From: a virus
Lineage: Duplodnaviria; Caudoviricetes
Strand: one strand, 5' to 3'
Virus record (IMG/VR): IMGVR_UViG_3300002091_000103
Location: 1 to 26,277 of that record
DNA: 26,277 bases
Below are positions 1 to 6,673 of the stretch, in pieces; the first letter of the stretch is position 1, and each line of letters begins with the position of its first letter. Under the pieces are notes generated by a model that saw nothing but the letters and a program-made list of their open reading frames with translations, was not told the DNA's origin and did not search any database. The position numbers and the translations under genes were made by a program.

Positions 1-176
1 ACTTGTGTCTCACGATGCTCCCAATCGCTGTACAGCATATTGGTTCGAGCAAGGAACTCAATCTTTTCGTTGAGGCGTTTGATTTCAGCATCTTTGTCGT
101 GATAACTGAGGGTGCAGTTGTCGTAATTTTCACAACAAGTATCAACCATCCCATTGGGGCAAGTAGTTTTGTTCAT
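1..176 (-). CDS. hypothetical phage protein, runs off window start
   Basis: ATG at 176 with AAGGAG RBS and ATGA overlap with the upstream stop. Reads MNKTTCPNGMVDTCCENYDNC... and is open to the window edge. Read by hand, not in the ORF track. Confidence 0.6.
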   Translation of the reverse strand, partial: MNKTTCPNGMVDTCCENYDNCTLSYHDKDAEIKRLNEKIEFLARTNMLYSDWEHRETQ

Positions 177-307
177 GTGTTCTCCTTTGATTTATTTATC
201 CAACACATCCAGTGGTACACAGTCCCTGAGTCATTGTAAAAATGATCTCCCACCTTGAATAGACCAAAGCATCTCGGGCATTGATGCGGTTTAAATAAAT
301 CGTTCAT
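173..307 (-). CDS. small putative Zn-binding protein (44 aa)
   Basis: MNDLFKPHQCPRCFGLFKVGDHFYNDSGTVYHWMCWINKSKENT*. CxxC...HxxC pattern, overlaps both neighbours by 4 nt. Confidence 0.6.
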   Translation of the reverse strand: MNDLFKPHQCPRCFGLFKVGDHFYNDSGTVYHWMCWINKSKENT

Positions 308-516
308 AAATTTTTATCCTTGAGTTTGGCTTCAGTTATGAGTACAGCATCTATCGGGACTTCAAGTGCAATATCTTGCCGTTCATCATCCGTCAGCCCA
401 ACCCAAGTGCGTTTTGCTACCAGTTTTGCAAAGGGTTCAAAGCGTGTATCAAATTTTGCTTGATGTTCTTCAAAACCAACCTGTCTAGCCATCTCTATGA
501 TTTCTTCTTTAGTCAT
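304..516 (-). CDS. hypothetical phage protein (MTKEEIIEMARQ...WVGLTDDE type)
   Basis: ORF track, GGAGG RBS. Paralogous to 670..867. Confidence 0.75.
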   Translation of the reverse strand: MTKEEIIEMARQVGFEEHQAKFDTRFEPFAKLVAKRTWVGLTDDERQDIALEVPIDAVLITEAKLKDKNL

Positions 517-673
517 TCTTTACCTCCATGTATATACCAAAAAATATCTTTAACATCCATTTTTGAAAAGAATTAGGTGGTTTTGGTACATAAGAGTGAA
601 AACAAAAATTGCTGTCTTCTCCAAATTTAATAAACACATTCGGTTTAGGTGGAATAAAAAATTCATATGTCAT
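509..673 (-). CDS. hypothetical protein (54 aa)
   Basis: MTYEFFIPPKPNVFIKFGEDSNF...GIYMEVKND*. Fills the gap exactly with start/stop overlaps. Confidence 0.6.
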   Translation of the reverse strand: MTYEFFIPPKPNVFIKFGEDSNFCFHSYVPKPPNSFQKWMLKIFFGIYMEVKND

Positions 674-867
674 TCTTGTCCCCTTGCTCGGATTTGTTCT
701 GCAATTCCTTTTGGGCTACCTTGCCACGGTTCCTCGCAAATCTTTGCACACGCCTCATGTTCTTTTTCTGCTACCAGTTTGGCAAACTCATAAATGAAAT
801 GCTCTCCGCATAGTTCTTCGTGAACCTGCGCCTTTCTAGCCAGTTCAATGATTTCATCTTTAGTCAT
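670..867 (-). CDS. hypothetical phage protein (MTKDEIIELARKA...EHEACAKIC)
   Basis: ORF 670..882. The likely start is ATG 867, which overlaps the upstream stop and matches the N-terminus of 304..516. Confidence 0.75.
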   Translation of the reverse strand: MTKDEIIELARKAQVHEELCGEHFIYEFAKLVAEKEHEACAKICEEPWQGSPKGIAEQIRARGQE

Positions 868-1031
868 TGCAAGGGACTCCACTTTGTTTTAGGTTCATTT
901 GCGTGTTTAAGATAAAAGTTCATCAAGAATGAGAAAACTTGCACATACGTCATTTGTATGCCGCAGTCAGCTTCTAGCCTTTTTTTGATGACATCCACCG
1001 AATCAGGCAAATATAACGTGATTCTTTTCAT
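864..1031 (-). CDS. hypothetical protein, possibly ribbon-helix-helix-like
   Basis: MKRITLYLPDSVDVIKKRLE... The alternating RITLYLP strand followed by helices suggests RHH (inference). GAGG RBS before ATG 1031. Confidence 0.6.
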   Translation of the reverse strand: MKRITLYLPDSVDVIKKRLEADCGIQMTYVQVFSFLMNFYLKHANEPKTKWSPLQ

Positions 1032-1336
1032 ATTAGTTCCTCTTGCCACGGTTCACCTATCATTTTCTTTATGTTGAACAATTCTTTGTGCTCTGGGTAG
1101 TGTTTACGCCATAACCGCGCATAAAAGGCAATAAATTCATTGCTGATCTTAAAGTCCTCACCCGTGGTCAAAACGTAAACCTCCCATCTGATGCGGTTAA
1201 TGATTAGCCAATGGCTGATCTTTTTGCGCCCACTTTTTACCGCTTCCAAGCTAAACCGTTCAAAATATTTCCATATTACTGGGTTATTTTTGTGCCATTC
1301 GTCAAATAGCGCCTGTCTAACTTGGAATGGTTGCAT
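1028..1336 (-). CDS. hypothetical phage protein (102 aa)
   Basis: ORF track, GAGG RBS, coupled to both neighbours. Confidence 0.75.
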   Translation of the reverse strand: MQPFQVRQALFDEWHKNNPVIWKYFERFSLEAVKSGRKKISHWLIINRIRWEVYVLTTGEDFKISNEFIAFYARLWRKHYPEHKELFNIKKMIGEPWQEELI

Positions 1337-1443
1337 TATTTCCTCACTTCGTTTTTGTAAAACTCAATGGCCATCGTAGCAACAACCGCCGTCATTATTG
1401 AGCCTGCTAAAAATCCTGCTATAAATACTGTTAATTCAATCAT
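1336..1443 (-). CDS. small membrane peptide (35 aa)
   Basis: MIELTVFIAGFLAGSIMTAVVATMAIEFYKNEVRK*. AAGGA RBS, one hydrophobic segment. Confidence 0.55.
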   Translation of the reverse strand: MIELTVFIAGFLAGSIMTAVVATMAIEFYKNEVRK

Positions 1444-1452
1444 TTTTGTTCC

Positions 1453-1734
1453 TTAGAATGGCAGGTCGTCGGCCATGCTGTCAAAATTAGCCGCAGGGCG
1501 TTTCGCCTGTGGCCGTGGATTGGGCACACCGCCGTCATCACGTGGTTTAGGATCGTTTAAATAGCCCCACCCGTCCCATCCGCCTTCTTTTAAGGGGATA
1601 GTGTCCAGCTTGAGCATTGGGCCGTTAGAAGTTTCAATAATCGATCCAATACGTGTGTACCGATTTTTTTTCATGCCCTCCGCATTGGTGTATGAGCCTG
1701 TGATAACGCTGATTTCTTTGAGTAACTTAGACAT
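1453..1734 (-). CDS. SSB-like single-stranded DNA-binding protein
   Basis: Acidic C-terminal tail ...SMADDLPF resembles the SSB-Ct motif DDDIPF. Lies in the erf/exonuclease module. Confidence 0.65.
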   Translation of the reverse strand: MSKLLKEISVITGSYTNAEGMKKNRYTRIGSIIETSNGPMLKLDTIPLKEGGWDGWGYLNDPKPRDDGGVPNPRPQAKRPAANFDSMADDLPF

Positions 1735-2341
1735 TGAATTTCCTTAAAATTTCTACTTTCTTACTAACATCATCTAAAAATTGGGTAATTTCTAGTTCTA
1801 ACATCTTTACATAAGTGGGATCGTATTCAACCTTGACCACCAATATTTGCAAATTCTCGGGAAACCTTGGGTCAAAACTCACAAAATCACACCATTCCCG
1901 CCCAGTACACGCCATTTGCCACATCATTTGCGGTATGTATTTAGCAGGCGCTTTGCCACTTAACAAATATTCCATGTGGGTTTTGGATTCTGGGCACTTG
2001 ATCTCAACCAGGCCATTCTTGCCCACCAATCCGTCTGGGCTTGCGCCTGACATTTCAATGGTTGGATGGTCAATAAATCCCACCTCATCCACAAACACGC
2101 CACGCTTTAACTCATAGGCTTGTCTGGCCATTGGTTCGGTTTCTGTGCCCCATTGCATTGCGGCGTTGCTATAAAACTCCGATTGCTTGTTGGTCAGACG
2201 CTCTAAAATCAATTGTGTGGCGTAATTGTCTCGGCTGGCACTTGCGCCTGTTTTGGTCTTGGCTATTACGTCAGCTACTCGACTGGCCGTAACTCGACCA
2301 AGTCTTTGTTGATGCCATGCTTCTGTTCGTTGTTCAATCAT
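1727..2341 (-). CDS. YqaJ-like / lambda-exonuclease family protein
   Basis: Motifs QRTEAWHQQRLGRVTAS, AMQWGTETEP, GASPDGLV, LVEIKCP, YIPQMMWQM, WCDFVSFDPR. Start placed at MIEQ (2341). Confidence 0.92.
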   Translation of the reverse strand: MIEQRTEAWHQQRLGRVTASRVADVIAKTKTGASASRDNYATQLILERLTNKQSEFYSNAAMQWGTETEPMARQAYELKRGVFVDEVGFIDHPTIEMSGASPDGLVGKNGLVEIKCPESKTHMEYLLSGKAPAKYIPQMMWQMACTGREWCDFVSFDPRFPENLQILVVKVEYDPTYVKMLELEITQFLDDVSKKVEILRKFNV

Positions 2342-2456
2342 CGTGATCTTCCTCAATGTTTTCATAATGTCCGCAAATAGCACAATGCAAATGTCTGCGG
2401 GTCTCAGTTATCTCCAACTCACCCAATGGGCAAACTGGGCATGAAATATCATCCAT
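2334..2456 (-). CDS. small Zn-ribbon protein (40 aa)
   Basis: MDDISCPVCPLGELEITETRRHLHCAICGHYENIEEDHDD*. Two CxxC motifs, overlaps erf stop and exonuclease start by 8 nt each. Confidence 0.65.
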   Translation of the reverse strand: MDDISCPVCPLGELEITETRRHLHCAICGHYENIEEDHDD

Positions 2457-3021
2457 TTAAAAGTCCTTTCAATTCATCTTTTACTTTAACAACCATGTCT
2501 TCCCATTGTTTTTCGCTGTGGCAAGCCTGAAACGCTATTTTGTAACTAGCAAATAATTGTTCTGTTGTTTCACATTCACGCATTTTGTCAATCAATAATC
2601 CTAGCTTTTCAGGCTCTACGTGGCTTTTGATGGGTAAACTGGGCTTTTGTTTGGATGCCTGGTTGCCGTCATCGTCTTCAGGAGCTATGCCACAAGCGGC
2701 CATTAAGCTATAACGGCGAGCATAAGTTAAAGCTGAGGCGTAACCTTGAGGATCGTGCTTGATAGCAGGAAAGTGAAGGAGACCGCATTCGAGCATTTCA
2801 CCTGATTCGTGAATAAAGATTGTTTCAAGAATGATGCCGTTTTCGCAATCGTAAGTTTTCTGTAAGAGATAAATCCCATTGTCATTTAAAGCGTCTATAA
2901 CCGCCTCCACGCACCCTGCTAGGTCAACGTACCTAGATTTAAAATGAGGGTTCACAGACTGCTTTAAAGCAGGATTAAACGCCTTCTGTGCTTTAACAAG
3001 TGCTGTTGCTATTTCTTTCAT
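2449..3021 (-). CDS. erf: ERF-family single-strand annealing protein
   Basis: Motifs NPHFKSRYVDL, IHESGE, DPQGYASALTYARRYSLMAACGIAPEDDDGN are the ERF signature. Confidence 0.93.
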   Translation of the reverse strand: MKEIATALVKAQKAFNPALKQSVNPHFKSRYVDLAGCVEAVIDALNDNGIYLLQKTYDCENGIILETIFIHESGEMLECGLLHFPAIKHDPQGYASALTYARRYSLMAACGIAPEDDDGNQASKQKPSLPIKSHVEPEKLGLLIDKMRECETTEQLFASYKIAFQACHSEKQWEDMVVKVKDELKGLLNG

Positions 3022-3212
3022 ACGTAATCCTTAGTTATTTCTTTGATTTCTTCAATTGTTGATTCAAGTTCTTGTCTTAAAAACTCAACTTCAGCACATA
3101 AGCGCTCGGTCTGTGATTTGTAATAGCCACATTGAAATGCCAGGCTATCGTTAAGTTGATAATTTGACATTGCCTCTAAGCAAGCTGTTTCGATACGTTT
3201 AAATTCATTCAT
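3018..3212 (-). CDS. hypothetical coiled-coil protein
   Basis: ORF track, GGAG RBS, ATGA overlap with erf. Confidence 0.65.
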   Translation of the reverse strand: MNEFKRIETACLEAMSNYQLNDSLAFQCGYYKSQTERLCAEVEFLRQELESTIEEIKEITKDYV

Positions 3213-3380
3213 TTATGCTCTCCAGTAAAAAACATCTAACAACATAACCGCAAAACCTAAGATACTGACCAGGGTCATTGTGATTTCTAGTGTGTTTGCT
3301 TTGTGGTAAAACTTGATGATTGAAGCGCCATACTCCATAGTGTTAGGAAAGGCTTCGTTTAATGTTCTGTGATACTTCAT
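3213..3380 (-). CDS. hypothetical protein with C-terminal TM segment (55 aa)
   Basis: MKYHRTLNEAFPNTMEYGAS...LVSILGFAVMLLDVFYWRA*. AGGAG RBS. Confidence 0.65.
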   Translation of the reverse strand: MKYHRTLNEAFPNTMEYGASIIKFYHKANTLEITMTLVSILGFAVMLLDVFYWRA

Positions 3381-3487
3381 GGCTTTAAATCTCCTGTTGC
3401 GATTAAGGCTTGATTGATTATGTGTAGGGGGTGAGGAATGCCAACCTTTACCTCATCAAGGATTAGGTTGGCTTGTTGTTTAGACAT
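3377..3487 (-). CDS. hypothetical peptide (36 aa)
   Basis: MSKQQANLILDEVKVGIPHPLHIINQALIATGDLKP*. Overlaps both neighbours. Confidence 0.55.
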   Translation of the reverse strand: MSKQQANLILDEVKVGIPHPLHIINQALIATGDLKP

Positions 3488-3668
3488 TTTTTAAATCTAT
3501 GCGTTTAAATAAATCTGCTTGTTTGCTAGATTCGCATTTAACGCATTTATAAGAATCTATTTTGAATTCTTCCCAATTTGTAGACATTGGGGTTCTCAGT
3601 AAATTACGACCACACGCTGTTTTGCTTGTGAATCCTGAACCATACTTATGTAGATGTGTAACTCTCAT
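3480..3668 (-). CDS. hypothetical protein, first gene of leftward operon (His/Cys pattern)
   Basis: ORF track, TAAGGA RBS. H...C...CxxC arrangement suggests metal binding. Confidence 0.7.
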   Translation of the reverse strand: MRVTHLHKYGSGFTSKTACGRNLLRTPMSTNWEEFKIDSYKCVKCESSKQADLFKRIDLKNV

Positions 3669-3716
3669 TTAATTTCCTTAAAAGACCTCTTAGCGAATTG
3701 CTTAAGGCATGACTGA

Positions 3717-3816
3717 ATGTTAATCAAAATTAACCTTCTTGTGTAAGTATTTACCCTAATATGTTGTATTTATTTAAATGTGTTGTATTTTGGTTAATTC
3801 ATGTTAACATTAACAC
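3717..3816. promoter_or_regulatory. divergent promoters with two GTTAA-N6-TTAAC operator-like palindromes
   Basis: Palindromes at 3719-3734 and 3793-3808. Rightward TTGTAT (3783-3788) plus extended -10 TGTTAACAT (3802-3810). Leftward TAACAT -10 at the complement of 3717-3722. Confidence 0.6.
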
Positions 3817-3975
3817 ATGACTAAAGAACAAGCAATCAAATTAGCTGGCAACCAATACAAACTTGCAAAAATACTCGGTATTACAAGGATGGCCGTTTGC
3901 CAATGGAAACAAATTCCCCAAGCAAGGGTATGGCAACTTCAATTGCTACATCCTGAGTGGTTTTTAAATACTTGA
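3817..3975 (+). CDS. cro: Cro-like HTH transcriptional regulator (52 aa)
   Basis: MTKEQAIKLAGNQYKLAKILGITRMAVCQWKQIPQARVWQLQLLHPEWFLNT*. Classic Cro/YdaS pattern LAxxLGITxxAVxQW..IP..R..QL, at the divergence point. Below the ORF-track cutoff. Confidence 0.88.
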   Translation: MTKEQAIKLAGNQYKLAKILGITRMAVCQWKQIPQARVWQLQLLHPEWFLNT

Positions 3976-3991
3976 TTGCTTGTTTTTTGTG

Positions 3992-3997
3992 TATAAT
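3992..3997 (+). promoter_or_regulatory. consensus -10 box (TATAAT) immediately upstream of structured RNA
   Basis: Perfect TATAAT about 7 nt before the first hairpin core. No well-spaced -35 is evident. Confidence 0.5.
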
Positions 3998-4000
3998 TGT

Positions 4001-4164
4001 TTTTGTCTGAGTGGCATCAGACGAAAGACGCGGATTGTTGAACCCCATAGTTTCCTGTGTGGTCTTGTCAGACGGCAAACAATTCTTTTGATTCGCGTCA
4101 ATCGTTTGTTGTTGCTCTCGCCAAGAGCCAAGACCACAGAGTGAATTATGGGGTTTTTGCTTTT
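4001..4164 (+). ncRNA. structured RNA, C4/CI-like antisense/attenuator architecture
   Basis: Hairpin 4001-4010/4017-4026. Long branched stem AACCCCATAG 4041-4050 / TTATGGGGTT 4146-4155 and TGTGGTCTTG 4058-4067 / CAAGACCACA 4129-4138, followed by a U-rich tract. Upstream GACGCGGAT 4027-4035 pairs with loop ATTCGCGTC 4091-4099. Confidence 0.6.
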
Positions 4165-4388
4165 GGACAATCTAAATGCGGTACGTCGGTGGTTTAGATT
4201 GAGATACCCTGAAACACGAGCAAACCAAATCAGGGAACGTGGGCGAATTGCTAGAGCGTGGTGGTTTTAAATAGTCTGGCATAGTGCGATGCGATGACAT
4301 GGCTCCGAAGGGAAAGTCTCGAAAGCATAGAGCGAAACTGATGTTTTGACACGGTTAGGCTATGCTTTGCTCAAACAATCACCAAAGG
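4161..4388 (+). ncRNA. second structured non-coding domain of unknown function
   Basis: Stems CAATCTAAA/TTTAGATTG (4168-4201), CCCTGA/TCAGGG (4207-4235), TGCTAGA/TCTGGCA (4249-4281), AAAGCATAG/CTATGCTTT (4322-4368). No credible ORF. Confidence 0.55.
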
Positions 4389-4432
4389 GAAATACTTAAT
4401 ACATTAGATAAGTTAATTATTAAAGGATTGTT

Positions 4433-4627
4433 ATGCCAATATATTTAAGTAAAGAATTTGAAACTGAAGTAACTGGTGATGGATGTGGTTTTATTTGCAT
4501 TAATCAAAAGAATGATAAAGATGAAGAAGTTGTTATTTGGTTATCTACAAATCAATTTCAAACAATCTTTAATCATGAAAAATTTATATTAAAAGAAGCC
4601 TTAAATGATTCTTCAGAACCCAGTTGA
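4433..4627 (+). CDS. hypothetical protein (64 aa, AT-rich)
   Basis: ORF track, AAAGGA RBS. Confidence 0.65.
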   Translation: MPIYLSKEFETEVTGDGCGFICINQKNDKDEEVVIWLSTNQFQTIFNHEKFILKEALNDSSEPS

Positions 4628-4781
4628 CCATTACGCCAAACTAGCAATGATGCCTGAATGGATTGATTACGTTCGTTATCAGGTTAAACAAATGGAAAAA
4701 GACCAAAGCGGACTGTGGTTAGGTTTAGGCCAAGCAATAGCTGACAGAATTAAGGAATTAAATGAATCCGTACCTAATTAA
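4605..4781 (+). CDS. hypothetical protein (58 aa)
   Basis: MILQNPVDHYAKLAMMPEWIDYVRYQVKQMEKDQSGLWLGLGQAIADRIKELNESVPN*. Bridges two ORFs. Read by hand. Confidence 0.65.
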   Translation: MILQNPVDHYAKLAMMPEWIDYVRYQVKQMEKDQSGLWLGLGQAIADRIKELNESVPN

Positions 4782-5589
4782 AGAACCAACTTGCATTAGC
4801 TTTAGTGGTGGAAGAACATCAGGTTATATGCTTTACAAAATACTTGAGGCTCACAATATGAGCTTGCCAAAAGATGCTTATGTTACTTTTGCTAATACTG
4901 GAAAAGAAGAAGAAGCTACTTTACGTTTTATTCAAAGATGTTCTGATGAATGGAATGTAGATATTCATTGGGTTGAATACACAAATGATGAGCCTACATT
5001 TAAAAAAGTTACATTTGAAACAGCCAGTAGAAATGGTGAACCTTTTGAAGAATTAATTAGAAAAAGACAATATTTACCAAATCCAGTTTCAAGAATCTGT
5101 ACTGCTCAATTAAAAATACGCACAATTAACAAATATTTACGTTCTTTAGGTTGGACGGATCATAATGAAAATGAAGATTGGATGGGAATTCGTGCTGACG
5201 AGCCACGCAGAGCCGCCAAAATTAAAGATAAAAGTAGGATTCCTTTGGCAGTTTCTGGTGTAAGTGCTGGTGATGTAGGCCGTTTTTGGGATTCCCAACC
5301 ATTTAATTTGGAATTACCAAACATTAATGGTAAAACTATGCACGGTAATTGTGATTTATGCTTTTTGAAACCAGGCGCTCAAATATTATCATTGATTCAA
5401 GAAAAACCTGAAAAAGCTGTTTGGTGGGCAAAAATGGAAAAGTTAGGCGCTGAAATAGCATCCAATCCAAGTGGCGCAGTTTTTCGTCAAGATCGACCTA
5501 GTTACGCATCCATGCTTCAATTTACCAAAGAACAAACAATGATGTTTGATATTAATGAAGAAACAATCGCTTGCTTTTGTGGAGATTAA
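4762..5589 (+). CDS. phosphoadenosine phosphosulfate (PAPS) reductase-family / PP-loop protein
   Basis: ISFSGGRTSGY PP-loop, FANTGKE, RICTAQLKI, GIRADEPRR, GNCDLCFLK and C-terminal CFCGD. Confidence 0.85.
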   Translation: MNPYLIKEPTCISFSGGRTSGYMLYKILEAHNMSLPKDAYVTFANTGKEEEATLRFIQRCSDEWNVDIHWVEYTNDEPTFKKVTFETASRNGEPFEELIRKRQYLPNPVSRICTAQLKIRTINKYLRSLGWTDHNENEDWMGIRADEPRRAAKIKDKSRIPLAVSGVSAGDVGRFWDSQPFNLELPNINGKTMHGNCDLCFLKPGAQILSLIQEKPEKAVWWAKMEKLGAEIASNPSGAVFRQDRPSYASMLQFTKEQTMMFDINEETIACFCGD

Positions 5590-6009
5590 ATGTTTCAAGT
5601 AACATTCAAAGTTGACGGCAACCCCCAAGGCAAAGGCCGTCCACGTTTTGCACGCATGGGCGCTTTTGTAAAGACTTACACCGATGTCAAAACAAAATCT
5701 TATGAAGAACATATAGCTTTTTGTGCCAAACGTGCAATGGGGGCTTCAGAACCGCTTAAAACGCCCGTAGATGCGTTTATTTACATCTCTATGCCCGTTC
5801 CTATGTCCTACACCAAAAAACGCAAGGAAGCCTGTTTAAACGGATCGGAGAAACCTACCAAAAAACCCGATGTTGACAATGTAATTAAAGCGTTTTTGGA
5901 TTCCATGAACAAAATTGTTTACGATGATGACACTCAGGTTGTTAACTTGCATTGCACCAAAGTGTATGGTGAACCATTTGTTGAGGTTTTAATAAAGGAG
6001 ACAGAATGA
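5590..6009 (+). CDS. rusA: RusA-family Holliday junction resolvase
   Basis: PQGKGRPRF N-terminus. Catalytic motif KKPDVDNVIKAFLDSMNKIVYDDDTQV. Confidence 0.92.
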   Translation: MFQVTFKVDGNPQGKGRPRFARMGAFVKTYTDVKTKSYEEHIAFCAKRAMGASEPLKTPVDAFIYISMPVPMSYTKKRKEACLNGSEKPTKKPDVDNVIKAFLDSMNKIVYDDDTQVVNLHCTKVYGEPFVEVLIKETE

Positions 6010-6107
6010 GTACAGCAATTTTGGTTTTAGCCTTGTTTGGGCTAATGTGTTTAATCGGAATGGTAGGAATATTAATATGGGCAATGATCGAATCAATATC
6101 GCCTTAG
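6006..6107 (+). CDS. small membrane peptide (33 aa)
   Basis: MSTAILVLALFGLMCLIGMVGILIWAMIESISP*. AAGGAG RBS, ATGA overlap with rusA. Confidence 0.55.
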   Translation: MSTAILVLALFGLMCLIGMVGILIWAMIESISP

Positions 6108-6122
6108 GCTGGAGAAAACGAA

Positions 6123-6452
6123 ATGTCACCAGAAAAACACGCCGAATTCATAGGCAACTTTGCATCTGAATATGCCAAAGCCAAGTCCAACAGAATTGGT
6201 TTTGAATTAAAACTCAAGACTGCTAAAGCTATTTTGATGAAACAAGCGTATCTTGACGGTGTTACGCAAGTAGCCGCACAAGAACGTGACGCATTAGCAA
6301 ACCCTAATTACTCAGAATTAATTGATGAGTTAATGTTAGCTGTCAAAGAAGAAGAAACTTTGAAATTTCAGCTCGAATCGTCACGTTTACATATTGATGT
6401 GTGGCGCACTAGAGAAGCCTCAGAACGATTAGCAATAAGGTCACACGAATGA
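6123..6452 (+). CDS. hypothetical helical protein (109 aa)
   Basis: ORF track, GGAG RBS. Coiled-coil character, ends ...IDVWRTREASER. Confidence 0.75.
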   Translation: MSPEKHAEFIGNFASEYAKAKSNRIGFELKLKTAKAILMKQAYLDGVTQVAAQERDALANPNYSELIDELMLAVKEEETLKFQLESSRLHIDVWRTREASERLAIRSHE

Positions 6453-6673
6453 AATGCCCTGTATGTCACCGCAACGGTAAAACATTAGAAACAAGAACAA
6501 ACAATGATGACTCAAAAAGACGAAGATACGAATGTACGCAAGGACACAGATACAGCACCCGTGAAGTCTTATTTGAAAACCCAGTATGTGAGGAACAAAC
6601 GCTTATTAGAAGTAGTGTCAAGCCTCCAGTGCCAGCATTGTGGCCACTATCAGTCGCAAGCGTGTCACTCTAA
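6449..6673 (+). CDS. Zn-ribbon protein resembling the NrdR N-terminal domain
   Basis: MKCPVC...TLETR...RRRYEC..GHRYSTRE matches the NrdR/Ogr-like ribbon pattern. Confidence 0.7.
   Translation: MKCPVCHRNGKTLETRTNNDDSKRRRYECTQGHRYSTREVLFENPVCEEQTLIRSSVKPPVPALWPLSVASVSL

Noticed and set aside
3-797. Plus-strand ORFs 3..239, 376..576, 563..793, 609..797
   Set aside because: The minus strand is fully tiled by coupled genes with RBSs, so these are antisense shadows.
4041-4155. tRNA gene in the branched stem
   Set aside because: No T-loop GTTCRA, D-loop or 7-bp acceptor stem geometry could be fitted.
3881-4170. Minus-strand ORFs 3881..4078 and 3964..4170
   Set aside because: They are antisense to cro and the structured RNA, with no RBS and no recognisable motifs.
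4270-4296. ATAGTCTG and GATGCGAT words resembling the introns' J8/7-P7 segment
   Set aside because: The order is reversed, there is no upstream GACTA partner or P3, and no interrupted gene. Treated as coincidence.
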